From the NCBI GenBank assembly GCA_963769535.1, contig CAVYMC010000005.1, positions 89,084 to 153,083 of the forward strand: 64,000 nucleotides of DNA, read 5' to 3'. The translations under genes were made by a program, and so were the position numbers. The stretch comes from an uncultured Chloroflexia bacterium. GTDB taxonomy: Bacteria; Chloroflexota; Ktedonobacteria; Ktedonobacterales; Ktedonobacteraceae. This document shows, in pieces, positions 50,972-60,167 of this stretch (positions within the stretch are counted from its first letter, which is position 1; each line of letters begins with the position of its first letter). Under the pieces are notes generated by a model, which saw only the letters and a list, made by a program, of their open reading frames with translations, searched no databases and was not told the origin of the DNA.

Positions 50972-50999
50972 TTATTCTCTAGCGATAGCTACAGAATAA
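50972..50999. promoter_or_regulatory. 28-bp imperfect palindrome upstream of the type VII-like operon (candidate operator)
   Basis: ttattct-c-tagc-gata-gcta-c-agaataa. The 7-bp outer and 4-bp inner arms are complementary. It lies 37-64 nt upstream of the first start codon. Confidence 0.35.
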
Positions 51000-51167
51000 C
51001 ATATTTATCCGCAATTTCAAGAGCTATTGCAGCGAAAATGAAAGCAATAGTCAAAGATGTTTTGATAGAAATAGATGTAACTAACAATCAAGCGTAGCAT
51101 ATGCCAGACGCTCATGAATTGCGACACCTGGAAATCTTTGGTCGCGAGGGTATTCCAGAGGTCGCTG

Positions 51168-51525
51168 CATTCTAATGAATTTTGACGACCGAAGAGAGCA
51201 AGGACAGGAAATGTTTGCCCCCGTCCTGATAAACTTTGACAACCGAATGCAGTAATGCGCATGGCCCCGTCCTGTAGGGACAAGGGGTGGATGCGGGGGC
51301 CCTGTGCTTGTCCTGGTGGCAACGCGATTCGCCCGGGTTCCGTGAGGCATGAGGGTCGCACTCCAACGAGGACAAGCACAGGGCCCCCGCATCCACTCCA
51401 CCCCGCCCCTTGTCCCTACAGAAGGGAACGCCTTCCTCCCCATTCCCGATTCGGTTGTCAAATATCATCAGGATGTCGGGGTTTCTTCATTTCCCCATTC
51501 GGTCGTTACACTTCATAAGGGATGG
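51168..51525. repeat. family C/D composite palindrome (two forward units, 40-bp-arm central hairpin, two reverse units)
   Basis: Units at 51168-51198 and 51221-51252, central arms at 51274-51313 / 51370-51419 ('gtagggacaaggggtggatgcgggggccctgtgcttgtcc'), and reverse units at 51438-51481 and 51493-51525. Confidence 0.85.
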
Positions 51526-53253
51526 TTAGAACACCGCCGGTTCCATGTATTCGCCGAAGGCGGCGCGGAAGACATCCATGATCTCGCCCAGCGTGGCGTA
51601 GGCTTTGACGGCTTCGATGATGGCGGGCATGGTGTTTTCGGTGCCGTCGGTGACGCGGCGCAGGTTGTCGAGGGCGCGTTTGACGGCGGCGTTGTCGCGT
51701 TCGCGGCGCACGCGCTGAAGTCGTTCAAGGTGAGCGCGCTCGCCCACGCGGTCGATGTAGAGCGTGGGGACTTTGATGTTCTCGTCCACGATGTAGTCGT
51801 TGACGCCTACGATGGTGCGCCTGTGGTCGTCAATCTCCATCTGGTAGCGATAGGCCGACTCTGCTATTTCGCGCTGGAAGAAGCCGTTCTGGATGCAGGC
51901 CAGCACGCCGCCCAGCGCGTCGATGCGGTCGATATAGTCCATGGTGGCGCGTTCGGTCTCATCGGTCAGCGCCTCTATAAAGTAGGAGCCGCCCAGGGGG
52001 TCAACGGTATTGACGACGCCGCTTTCGCTGGCGATGATCTGCTGCGTGCGCAGGGCGATCAGGGCCGCGCGTTCGGTGGGCAGCGCCAGGGCCTCGTCGA
52101 GCGAGTTGGTGTGCAGCGAATTGGTGCCGCCCAGCACGGCAGCCAGGGCTTGAATGGCGGTACGCACGATGTTGTTATCCGCTTGTTGGGCGGTCAGGGA
52201 AACGCCGGCGGTCTGCGCGTGGCAGCGCATCATCCACGAACGCGGGTCCTGCGCGCCGTAGCGTTCGCGCATCAGTCTGGCCCACAGCCGCCGCCCGGCG
52301 CGAAACTTGGCGATCTCTTCAAAGAAGTCGTTATGCACATCGAGGAAGAAGGAGAGGCGCGGGGCGAACTCGTCGATTTTGAGTCCGCGTTTTAGCGTAG
52401 CATCCACATAGGCCAGGCCGTCCGCCAGCGTGAAGGCCAGTTCCTGCACGGCGGTCGCGCCCGCCTCGCGAATGTGATAGCCGCTGATGCTGATGGTGTT
52501 CCAGCGGGGCATGTGGCGCGTGCCAAATTCGATGGTATCTACCACCAGGCGCATAGATGGCTCAGGCGGGAAGAGAAATTCTTTCTGCGCGCTGTACTCT
52601 TTGAGAATGTCATTCTGGAGCGTGCCGCCCAGCTTCGCCATCGGGAAGCCGCGCTTCTCGGCATTGGCGATGTACATGGCCCAGATCACCGATGCCGGGC
52701 TGTTGATGGTCATGGAAGTGGTGATCTGATCGAGCGGCAGGCCATCGTACAGGATTTCCATGTCGGCCAGCGAGGAGATAGCCACGCCGCACTTGCCAAA
52801 TTCGCCCGAGGCAAGCGGGTGATCGGTATCGTAACCGTAGAGCGTGGGCATGTCAAAGGCGGTCGAAAGGCCCGTCTGACCCTGGGCGAGCAGGTATTTG
52901 AAACGCTTATTGGTATCCTCTGCCGTGCCGAAGCCTGCAAACATACGCATCGTCCAGGGTTTGGCGCGATACATGGTCGGCTGCACGCCGCGTGTATACG
53001 GGTATTCGCCCGGCAGCCCGATGTCGCGCATATAATCGAGACGAGCGTTATCCTGCGGCGCATACAAACGGTTTATGGGAACGCTGGAGGTGGTCATCAG
53101 GTTATCGCGTTCGGGCATACGCTCCTGCGATTTGCGTACCGCCGTCTCCTCCCAGTGTTGCTGTTCCGCTTTCAGGTGTTCCAATTCCGCTGTATCAAAC
53201 AGTGTTCCCTGGTCATATTTCTGGTGTGTCTGCGGCATTTTCTGCTCGAGCAT
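51526..53253 (-). CDS. methylmalonyl-CoA mutase-family large (catalytic) subunit, no B12-binding domain in this ORF
   Basis: '[45 protein letters not shown]', '[11 protein letters not shown]' and '[14 protein letters not shown]'. Confidence 0.9.
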   Translation of the reverse strand: MLEQKMPQTHQKYDQGTLFDTAELEHLKAEQQHWEETAVRKSQERMPERDNLMTTSSVPINRLYAPQDNARLDYMRDIGLPGEYPYTRGVQPTMYRAKPWTMRMFAGFGTAEDTNKRFKYLLAQGQTGLSTAFDMPTLYGYDTDHPLASGEFGKCGVAISSLADMEILYDGLPLDQITTSMTINSPASVIWAMYIANAEKRGFPMAKLGGTLQNDILKEYSAQKEFLFPPEPSMRLVVDTIEFGTRHMPRWNTISISGYHIREAGATAVQELAFTLADGLAYVDATLKRGLKIDEFAPRLSFFLDVHNDFFEEIAKFRAGRRLWARLMRERYGAQDPRSWMMRCHAQTAGVSLTAQQADNNIVRTAIQALAAVLGGTNSLHTNSLDEALALPTERAALIALRTQQIIASESGVVNTVDPLGGSYFIEALTDETERATMDYIDRIDALGGVLACIQNGFFQREIAESAYRYQMEIDDHRRTIVGVNDYIVDENIKVPTLYIDRVGERAHLERLQRVRRERDNAAVKRALDNLRRVTDGTENTMPAIIEAVKAYATLGEIMDVFRAAFGEYMEPAVF

Positions 53254-53372
53254 GGTCGATGGCTCCTCCTCGTCGAGGCTGCATGTATCTGGAAAATGGT
53301 GTCTGCTACAAAAACCTGTCTATCTTAATGGTAATTGTACCATATTCAAGCCTGGGGTTTTTAACAGCAGAC

Positions 53373-54764
53373 CTACATCTTCACCAGCACGAGACCAGAA
53401 TATGGCTGCATCGTTACCGTCGTGATGTCGTGCCCGTACAGGTCTTTGTAGGTGTTCGCCGGCAATGTTACTGTGTAGGCCTGGTCGGGCGAAGGATTCA
53501 CGATAGCCAGGCCGGTCGAGTAGGTGCGCATATACACATTCTGATCCCGGTATATTGCGGTACGAGGATGTCCCACCTGGGCAAAGTACTCCCGCAGCGA
53601 CACGTTCAACTGACTGTACCTGTCGAATACCGAGCTAATGAAAGAGCAATAGGTGTATTGATCTTTCACCAGCAGGTAGTTTGCCAGTATCCACTGAATA
53701 TCCCGCTGATTCGGCAGATGGGTTGCATCCACTGGATACGGGACAAGGCCATTGATGATCAATGGCTTACCAAATTTGTGCTGCAAGGTCCAGAGATCCT
53801 GTATCTTGGCAAGCCAGGCATTGGTAATGTTCGTGCCACTCACCGGGGAAGCCGTCAAATAGGGGAAAATGGTGTTACCTAGCTTTGTAAAGCCGGCTTC
53901 GTCTAATACGATGTCGGCATAGGGCAACAGGTCAGCGTAATGATCGTTATACTGCAAGTTGGGATAGTAATTGAAAGCGATAGCGATGGTTTTCCCCTGC
54001 TGCTGCGCTACAGCCTTCATCTTTCCAATGAGAGCGGCATAGGCGCCAACCATAGCTTTCCGGTACGTCTCATCAACGAAATTACCGCTAAACATCTGTA
54101 TCCACTGGCCATCTGCAGTATAATGGCCCCCCACCGCGAAACGATTAAGCGTCGTGACATGATCAAAACCGACGGCAGTAAAACCCTGAGACAGGGCGGG
54201 CAGCAGGCACTGGCTGATAATCAGATTTTGCACTGCCGGGCTGGTAAAATCCAGGGGCGCGTGCGCGTAATCGACCAGGTCGCCGTAACGATAGTAAGCC
54301 AGCGTTTTACGATCATTGGTATAGGACAACCAATCGGGGTGGTTCTGCTTGAACCAGTCTATAGTCGGATCGGTCGCCGTGGCTTGCCCCCATTTGCAGT
54401 AACGCGCATGGTTTACAACTTTGCTCAGGTAGAGATTCGGGTGGTTGCCCCACATGACAAAGCCGATCAATGGCGAAGCGTCAAGCCCATTTACCGGCTG
54501 GAAAGAGCCACCGATAGCGCCGAGGTGAATATTATCCCAGGTGTTGGGCAGGTTGGGCAGATTTGAGATAGTGTTGGAGTCGATCTGTAGCATCTTCGCC
54601 TGAGACACATAGCTAGCGCAGAATGCTGACAGCAGGAAAGCCACCAGCGCCAGGTGGAGCGCGCATCCATGACGGAACATTCCAGATCTATAGCTCTGAC
54701 GATTCCATCTGCTCTGCGCATCTTTCCATAGACCTTTCCCGCCGGGTATCTTCAAAGTTTTCAA
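53373..54764 (-). CDS. secreted hypothetical protein, possibly a glycoside-hydrolase-like TIM barrel (function uncertain)
   Basis: 463-aa ORF. An internal start 'MFRHGCALHLALVAFLLSAFCASYV' (54680) gives a signal peptide. I am confident of no motif. Confidence 0.5.
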   Translation of the reverse strand: MKTLKIPGGKGLWKDAQSRWNRQSYRSGMFRHGCALHLALVAFLLSAFCASYVSQAKMLQIDSNTISNLPNLPNTWDNIHLGAIGGSFQPVNGLDASPLIGFVMWGNHPNLYLSKVVNHARYCKWGQATATDPTIDWFKQNHPDWLSYTNDRKTLAYYRYGDLVDYAHAPLDFTSPAVQNLIISQCLLPALSQGFTAVGFDHVTTLNRFAVGGHYTADGQWIQMFSGNFVDETYRKAMVGAYAALIGKMKAVAQQQGKTIAIAFNYYPNLQYNDHYADLLPYADIVLDEAGFTKLGNTIFPYLTASPVSGTNITNAWLAKIQDLWTLQHKFGKPLIINGLVPYPVDATHLPNQRDIQWILANYLLVKDQYTYCSFISSVFDRYSQLNVSLREYFAQVGHPRTAIYRDQNVYMRTYSTGLAIVNPSPDQAYTVTLPANTYKDLYGHDITTVTMQPYSGLVLVKM

Positions 54765-54970
54765 GCCTTTATTCCTCTTTCACTACGTAATAATTTATTG
54801 GAATCCTCTCCAGGCTTTGGGCATTTAAGAACATTATAAGATGGCAGCAAATTAGTGAATTAGTTTGTTACGATATATCCATTGACTGAATTCCAAAATC
54901 TAGAGAAAGCCCGCAGGTTAAGAAGGGTTATGTTGGGTGTGGGGAATATTCTGGTGAGGGGAATCAGTAG

Positions 54971-55246
54971 CTTCTTCAAAGGCACAGTCGGAGGTTTCTG
55001 GCCGCTGAAAGTCCGCTTTCGCAGGCGTATCTGGCCGATTCAGCCAGCCCGGCTATGCGCGATGCCGCTTTCGGATTGTACTTTGCGCTGGCCTTCGGTG
55101 TTGACCCGGTATGGAGCGCCATTTTAGGCTGGCTGATCGACCGTTACGGTTTCAGCACAGCCTTGTGGACGATGGCGCTCTTGTATCTCGCGGCAGGCGC
55201 GCTCCTGCTGTTCATCCCCGAAGAGAAGCCGCCAGAGCGCGCCTGA
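54971..55246 (+). pseudogene. 3' remnant (last ~2 helices) of an MFS transporter gene
   Basis: 'FLAAESPLSQAYLADSASPAMRDAAFGLYFALAFGVDPVWSAILGWLIDRYGFSTALWTMALLYLAAGALLLFIPEE' follows an in-frame stop at 54968. No N-terminal body is present, only AT-rich DNA upstream. Confidence 0.6.
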
Positions 55247-55276
55247 AATCATCTTTTATCAAATCGCGGCGTAAGA

Positions 55277-55596
55277 CCCCCGCATTCATGCGAGGGGATA
55301 CAAGCCGCGCTGCCCGCGGGCAGAGAACCCGCTTCACAAGCCGATTTCCTTGACATTGATACACTCCGATGGTATCCTTGTTCTCGTTCTTAGCACACTG
55401 ACAACTCAATAGTGTTTGGGCGTTTGTAGGTAAATCGTTCCCTACGGTAAAAGCATTAACGTACCACATGTCTCGTGTGCCAATCGTTGACGTGGACAGT
55501 GGGTCACTCCCTTCCATCGAGATTGCAACGAACACTGGCCTGGAAGAGGCCAACGTGGGGCAACCTGCGTCGAAGCCCCTGCATTCATGCATGGGG
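55277..55596 (+). other. non-coding hairpin-rich segment bounded by two copies of a 'cccc(t)gcattcatgc(r)(w)gggg' stem-loop
   Basis: Hairpins at 55277-55297 and 55576-55596 (same orientation, 299 nt apart), plus ctgcccgcgggcag (55310-55323) and tggcc-tggaaga-ggcca (55537-55553). Confidence 0.5.
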
Positions 55597-55600
55597 TACT

Positions 55601-56640
55601 TCACGGACGGGCAACTAGCGAGGAGGCCCATTTTAACGCGCCCTGGTTGCCAAGCTGTTTCAAATCGGTGCCAAACACCAGGATATAGTTCGCTCCCAGC
55701 GCGAGTGCCTGTTGAATATCACCGTACAGCGTATCGCCGGTTACATTAGTTGCAGCGATTTGTTCTTCGGGATGCGGTACCATCATAAACTGGGGTGGCA
55801 AAACGCGATGTGCCGCCAGCCCGTTATCCTGAAGCCATAGACCATGCTGGACAGCGTAATCAAGCAGTAACGCCGCTGTATACCCGGCGGTATTTTCCAT
55901 AAACACCTTATCGGGCATGACGGCCAGGGGAGTGTGATTGAAGCTGGACGTGTAGGCCTCCATGATGCGCTGGACAGCGTTCCACCAGAGAGGATTAGTA
56001 TAGCCGATAGCCTTCCACAGCTGCAACTGGTTGGGATTGCTGTTATGGGAATCGACCTTCGCTTCTCCGCCAATGCCCAGGCTGATATCTATATAAGCCA
56101 CGTTGGGATTGCCATCGTAACGGAGGGCGAACGCATGGACAAAATCAGCATAACTCTGCAGGAACAATGGGTTCCAGTACTGTGGAAGCACCGAACCATC
56201 AGTTTCTGTCACCGAAGGAACCCCCAGATTGTACACCCACTTGGGAGTGCCGCTCTGTGAATACGGAGGCATCCAACTCGTATACCCGGAGGTAGGCACC
56301 CGCAAGATAACCTTCTTGCCATGACTTACCCAGGGGGCCATAGCCTGATCAACAGCGCTCCAATTATACTGCCCATTCTGCGGCTCAAGCTGCGACCAGT
56401 AAAAGCCCAGGTGGCTCCCGCGATGTAAGGATTCGCCGCCAGGGTCGAATAGCTGCTCCCAAACTGGTAAATGCCCTTGAAATTGGGATACTTCGACGGG
56501 GTAGCTGTTGTCCGCGCAGGCAGCGAATTCGTAGAAGGTCTTCCAATAATCCTCGTGCCAACTCCTACGATGACGGCTAAAAGGAGAATGATCACGCCCA
56601 AAGTCATGATCCGCCGGCGTTTGTTCGACAATATTCGCAT
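55601..56640 (-). CDS. secreted glycoside hydrolase-like protein (TIM-barrel 'YWSQLEP' type; frameshift ~56418 as sequenced)
   Basis: Signal/TM 'MTLGVIILLLAVIVGV'. Corrected reading: '...NPYIAGSHLGFYWSQLEPQNGQYNWSAVDQAMAPWVSHGKKVILRV'. Confidence 0.65.
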
Positions 56641-56751
56641 AACGTGTTCCTTTGATTGAATGTGCCCTGAGAAGATGTTATCTCTGGCGGGCTACTACAG
56701 TTACTACCAACACACTCTATCGGCACGCATTCCCAAAAATTAATTCCTCCA

Positions 56752-59700
56752 TCATCCTCCACGTAAGTAAACCGCGCTTGAATACCCTTCATAGACCAGG
56801 TGAAAATCGGGCGGGAAAATAAACCTGCCGTTAAATTTTACCCTCGTTTGATTCTGGTACGTGCCGTCGGCGACAATCCAGATACGATCATGCGAGGCCA
56901 GCACTGCCTGAAAATCATCCTGATTCAGCAAAGGAACAGACCCGATTGGCGTATCAGTTATTTCGCTGCCACTCTCAAAGAGATAGAGCGCGTGATCTGG
57001 TGAAAAGAAGTAATCAACTCGACCAACATAATAGAGGATAGAAAAAGAGGGGCCAAGGGCGATAACAGTATCGCCCTTGCGCCAATGCTGGTGGATATAC
57101 TGAGCCGCGTTGTCATAATCTGGATGGTGACGGTAATAAGAAAAACCCGTCACCCGGCTGACGAGAAGATTGTAATTGGCAAGAGGGAAAATGGGCAGGA
57201 GCAAAATACAGGCGCATACAATACTCACCGTAAATACCATCATCGCGCCAATGAGCCGCGAGCGAGAGCTACTTGCAGGCGCGGTGTTCGGTCGTGACCC
57301 CTGGAGTATAACGCAGGAGCGATAAAAAGACCAGAGCGCGCGTAATAGGCGATACAGGGCATAAGCGCTTAGCAAGTAGTAGAAAGGCAGTAAGAGATAA
57401 AAATAGCGATCAGACTGCATGGTAAAGACGAGCACAAGAGTAAGCAAAGAAACGACCAGAAACCACGCGCAATACTTCGCGCGGCTGTCCGCCTGGCGCA
57501 TCGCCCAGAAGCATCCAGCAGTCGCAAGCAGTGAATTTACGGTAATCAAGGACAATTGGATCGTGAGCGTGCCATGATACAGCGCCCACGGGAAGAACAG
57601 CAGATTGAGGTAGTAAGGGATACCATCGGTGTTCAATTGCAGAAATGGCCTCTGACTGCTATCGGTTCCAAGCACCGCGGGATGGGCGATATGCACAACG
57701 AGTAATTGCGCCACGACAATGCTTCCCCCTATTATTCCCGCGAACCACCAGTGCTTGTTGAACAACGCGGCAAAGTAACGATGCTTCGTATCTCTGCTCA
57801 TGACTACTACCCAGAGTGTCAGCGCAGGAAAGATGATGAACGACTCCTCGTGGCTCAAATAGGTAAGAACGAGAGAGGCAACAGCAAGGTAAATCGGGCG
57901 CGCGCGTTGGCGCTCTTGCAGCGCTTTGAAGAGCAGGTAGACGGTAAGTATCGTCAGCAGTTGAGCCTGTTGGTACATGCGCATCTCCCGTCCCCACCCA
58001 AGCGCGAATGGAGAGAAGGCAAACATGGCCGCCGCCAGCAGCGCGACCCGCCGGTTAAAAAAGTAACAGCCCGCGCCATAGAGCATCGGGATGCTCGCCA
58101 GGTATTCCAGGGTAGTGAATATGCGAGGAACCCCGGCTTGATTGCCAAAAATCAGCAAGTTGAGAGCAAGCGCATACGAATACAGTTCGCCTTTCATATA
58201 GAGAAAGCCCGAGGGCAAGACAGGCAGCCCGTGAGCCAGGATACCCCTGGCAGCGTAATAGCTGGTTAATTCATCCTGCCAGTAGGGATCATAGGCCAGG
58301 TTGTACGTGACCAGTGGAATAGCTACGAGTACAATGAGGATGAGAAGCCAGTGTTTACTCAACTTGACCAGGGCGGGGGCAAGCCGTGTAGGGTAGACCA
58401 GGGCGGGGGCAAGCCCGGCCCCTACCCTACTACGAAGCGGCTGGCGAAGCCGTGTAGGGTAGGGGCCGGGCTTGTCCCCGCCCTGGTATTGGCTGCGCCG
58501 CAAGACCACTGCGCCCTGATTGGATAGTGTATGCACATAGCGCCAGAGCAACAGGAAGCCAGCGCCCAGCACCAGAATCAGCGCGACTCCCCAGCCTGCT
58601 GTATAAGGAAAAGGCTGTGGCATTTGTGGCTCTCTGGAGAGCGTCACAAGCAAAGCTTCACAGGCGAGCGCGGGCAGGTAAGCCAGGCTTGTTACCTCAA
58701 GAGCGCTCCGGTAAGAGATATGATAACGGACAGTGAAGAGCCATGATATGAGTAGCCATAGCCCAAAAACGGCCATTATACCACACAGCAGCAACACGAA
58801 CAGAAGCGACGGAGGAGTAACCTGCACATTGCGCGTAGTAGTGCTATCAGGAAGGTAAAACAGGCGGCTTAAACCCGGGCGATTGACGAGAATGGGCGCC
58901 GACCAGCCTGAAATAGCAGCGCCGCCCTGCTGCCATCCGTCAACGGCCTGGGAGGATACATGCCACTCGCTACCTGGCGTTACCCAGGTCGTATGATTTT
59001 GCGCGTCATTGATGAGCATATCCAGCGACATAGAGGCGTTGAGATCACCGAATCCGTTCAGCGCCGCATTGCTCCCCGGCGCCGAGACATGCACGGCGAT
59101 AACATTTTCCCCGGTGTGCAGGTAGGGCGAAATATCATACACGCCCGAGGCAAAGCCTGGCCGGTGCAGCGAAGTCTTGCCTGTACTCAGGTAATAGGCC
59201 AGGTCTGTCGTGGGAGCCGGGGGCTGTCCATCCCAAACCATGAGCAACTGGTCATTGATAAATATGCTTGCGGTGCCGTTCGCAACAATTCGCAGCCACG
59301 CGCTGGTCACGCTGGAAGACAACGAGAGGGAGCGCGCGAAATAGGCATCATGGCCCAGGCCAGCGCTTATCCACCGCGCTGAGGTTGTCTGCTCATAGAG
59401 CTGGGGGTCTACGTCCACCGTAGCCAGTCCGGGTGAATACGCCGCGCTCCGCACGGGTAACCAGGAACTGCTATCAAATGTCGTTTTTGTCCAGGAAGTT
59501 GAGTCATTCAACTGCGTCGTATAATGAAGATAGACCTTAGAGGAATCTCCGGTCGCCCGCCATCCATCTCCGGTCCCATAATACGAGATGGACTTGCCAT
59601 TCACAATGCCCAGACTTAATCGCAGCGCCGGAGTACGTTCATCATTATTAGTGACTCGTACGGCAATAATATTTGTATTGGGCTGCAAGAGCGAAGTCAC

Positions 59701-60123
59701 ACCGTACATATACGCTCGCGTATAATCGCCATTTCTCAACGCTAAAGTATTCGAGCCTACAAACGACCCGTTCAGGAAGAGGTAAAAACCCTGACTGGCC
59801 TGTATTGTGAAAAAGGCAGCATCCGGCTGTACGTTCAAGTTGACGCCAAAGCGGAAATATGCAACAGGACCGTTGCTATCCGCGGCCTGTACCCACCTGG
59901 CTCCTTGCCAATCGGGAACAAAACTCTTGGACTGTGGCACAAGCGCGTATTGATAGGTAAACCAGCTCATACCCAGGCAAGCCAGCAAAAGCCAGAACCA
60001 TACCATGCGGCGCAGGCCACTTTTTCCCCGCTCGTGTGGCTTTCGTCCTTCCAACGAGGCGTGCTGCAACACTTCATCGCGCGCGATGGCAGCAGGGGGC
60101 GTTAATACATCCGAAGTAATCAT
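56752..60123 (-). CDS. GT-C fold (ArnT/PMT-like) glycosyltransferase fused to an N-terminal module with two beta-sandwich (rhamnosidase-N/galactose-binding-like) domains; may be two genes
   Basis: N-terminal module: 'AFFTIQASQGFYLFLNGSFVGSN' and 'AWLRIVANGTASIFINDQLLMVW'. C-terminal half: multi-TM with 'YWQDELTSYYAARGILAHGLP'. A repeat element sits at the junction. Confidence 0.7.
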   Translation of the reverse strand: MITSDVLTPPAAIARDEVLQHASLEGRKPHERGKSGLRRMVWFWLLLACLGMSWFTYQYALVPQSKSFVPDWQGARWVQAADSNGPVAYFRFGVNLNVQPDAAFFTIQASQGFYLFLNGSFVGSNTLALRNGDYTRAYMYGVTSLLQPNTNIIAVRVTNNDERTPALRLSLGIVNGKSISYYGTGDGWRATGDSSKVYLHYTTQLNDSTSWTKTTFDSSSWLPVRSAAYSPGLATVDVDPQLYEQTTSARWISAGLGHDAYFARSLSLSSSVTSAWLRIVANGTASIFINDQLLMVWDGQPPAPTTDLAYYLSTGKTSLHRPGFASGVYDISPYLHTGENVIAVHVSAPGSNAALNGFGDLNASMSLDMLINDAQNHTTWVTPGSEWHVSSQAVDGWQQGGAAISGWSAPILVNRPGLSRLFYLPDSTTTRNVQVTPPSLLFVLLLCGIMAVFGLWLLISWLFTVRYHISYRSALEVTSLAYLPALACEALLVTLSREPQMPQPFPYTAGWGVALILVLGAGFLLLWRYVHTLSNQGAVVLRRSQYQGGDKPGPYPTRLRQPLRSRVGAGLAPALVYPTRLAPALVKLSKHWLLILIVLVAIPLVTYNLAYDPYWQDELTSYYAARGILAHGLPVLPSGFLYMKGELYSYALALNLLIFGNQAGVPRIFTTLEYLASIPMLYGAGCYFFNRRVALLAAAMFAFSPFALGWGREMRMYQQAQLLTILTVYLLFKALQERQRARPIYLAVASLVLTYLSHEESFIIFPALTLWVVVMSRDTKHRYFAALFNKHWWFAGIIGGSIVVAQLLVVHIAHPAVLGTDSSQRPFLQLNTDGIPYYLNLLFFPWALYHGTLTIQLSLITVNSLLATAGCFWAMRQADSRAKYCAWFLVVSLLTLVLVFTMQSDRYFYLLLPFYYLLSAYALYRLLRALWSFYRSCVILQGSRPNTAPASSSRSRLIGAMMVFTVSIVCACILLLPIFPLANYNLLVSRVTGFSYYRHHPDYDNAAQYIHQHWRKGDTVIALGPSFSILYYVGRVDYFFSPDHALYLFESGSEITDTPIGSVPLLNQDDFQAVLASHDRIWIVADGTYQNQTRVKFNGRFIFPPDFHLVYEGYSSAVYLRGG
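58366..58488. repeat. family B GC-rich palindromic element lying in-frame inside ORF 56752..60123
   Basis: 'ccagggcgggggcaagcccggcccctaccctac' (58398-58430) faces 'gtagggtaggggccgggcttgtccccgccctgg' (58455-58487), plus a partial direct copy at 58366-58395. Confidence 0.85.
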
Positions 60124-60167
60124 GCTCTATCATCTTCCACTTTTACTACCTATGCCAGATCTCTTCT

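Noticed and set aside
51349-52395. Long antisense ORFs opposite real genes (for example 51349..52395 +, 17213..18277 +, 5739..6527 -, 14311..15003 -, 44226..44981 +, 52474..53328 +, 57706..58269 +).
   Set aside because: They lie entirely within well-supported genes on the other strand, are Ala/Arg/Gly/His-rich, and have no motifs or RBS. These are typical shadow ORFs of GC-rich DNA.
55212-55631. 139-aa Cys-rich ORF on the minus strand in the hairpin-rich segment.
   Set aside because: It has no RBS, spans several palindromes and is convergent with both flanking gene ends. Its composition looks non-coding.
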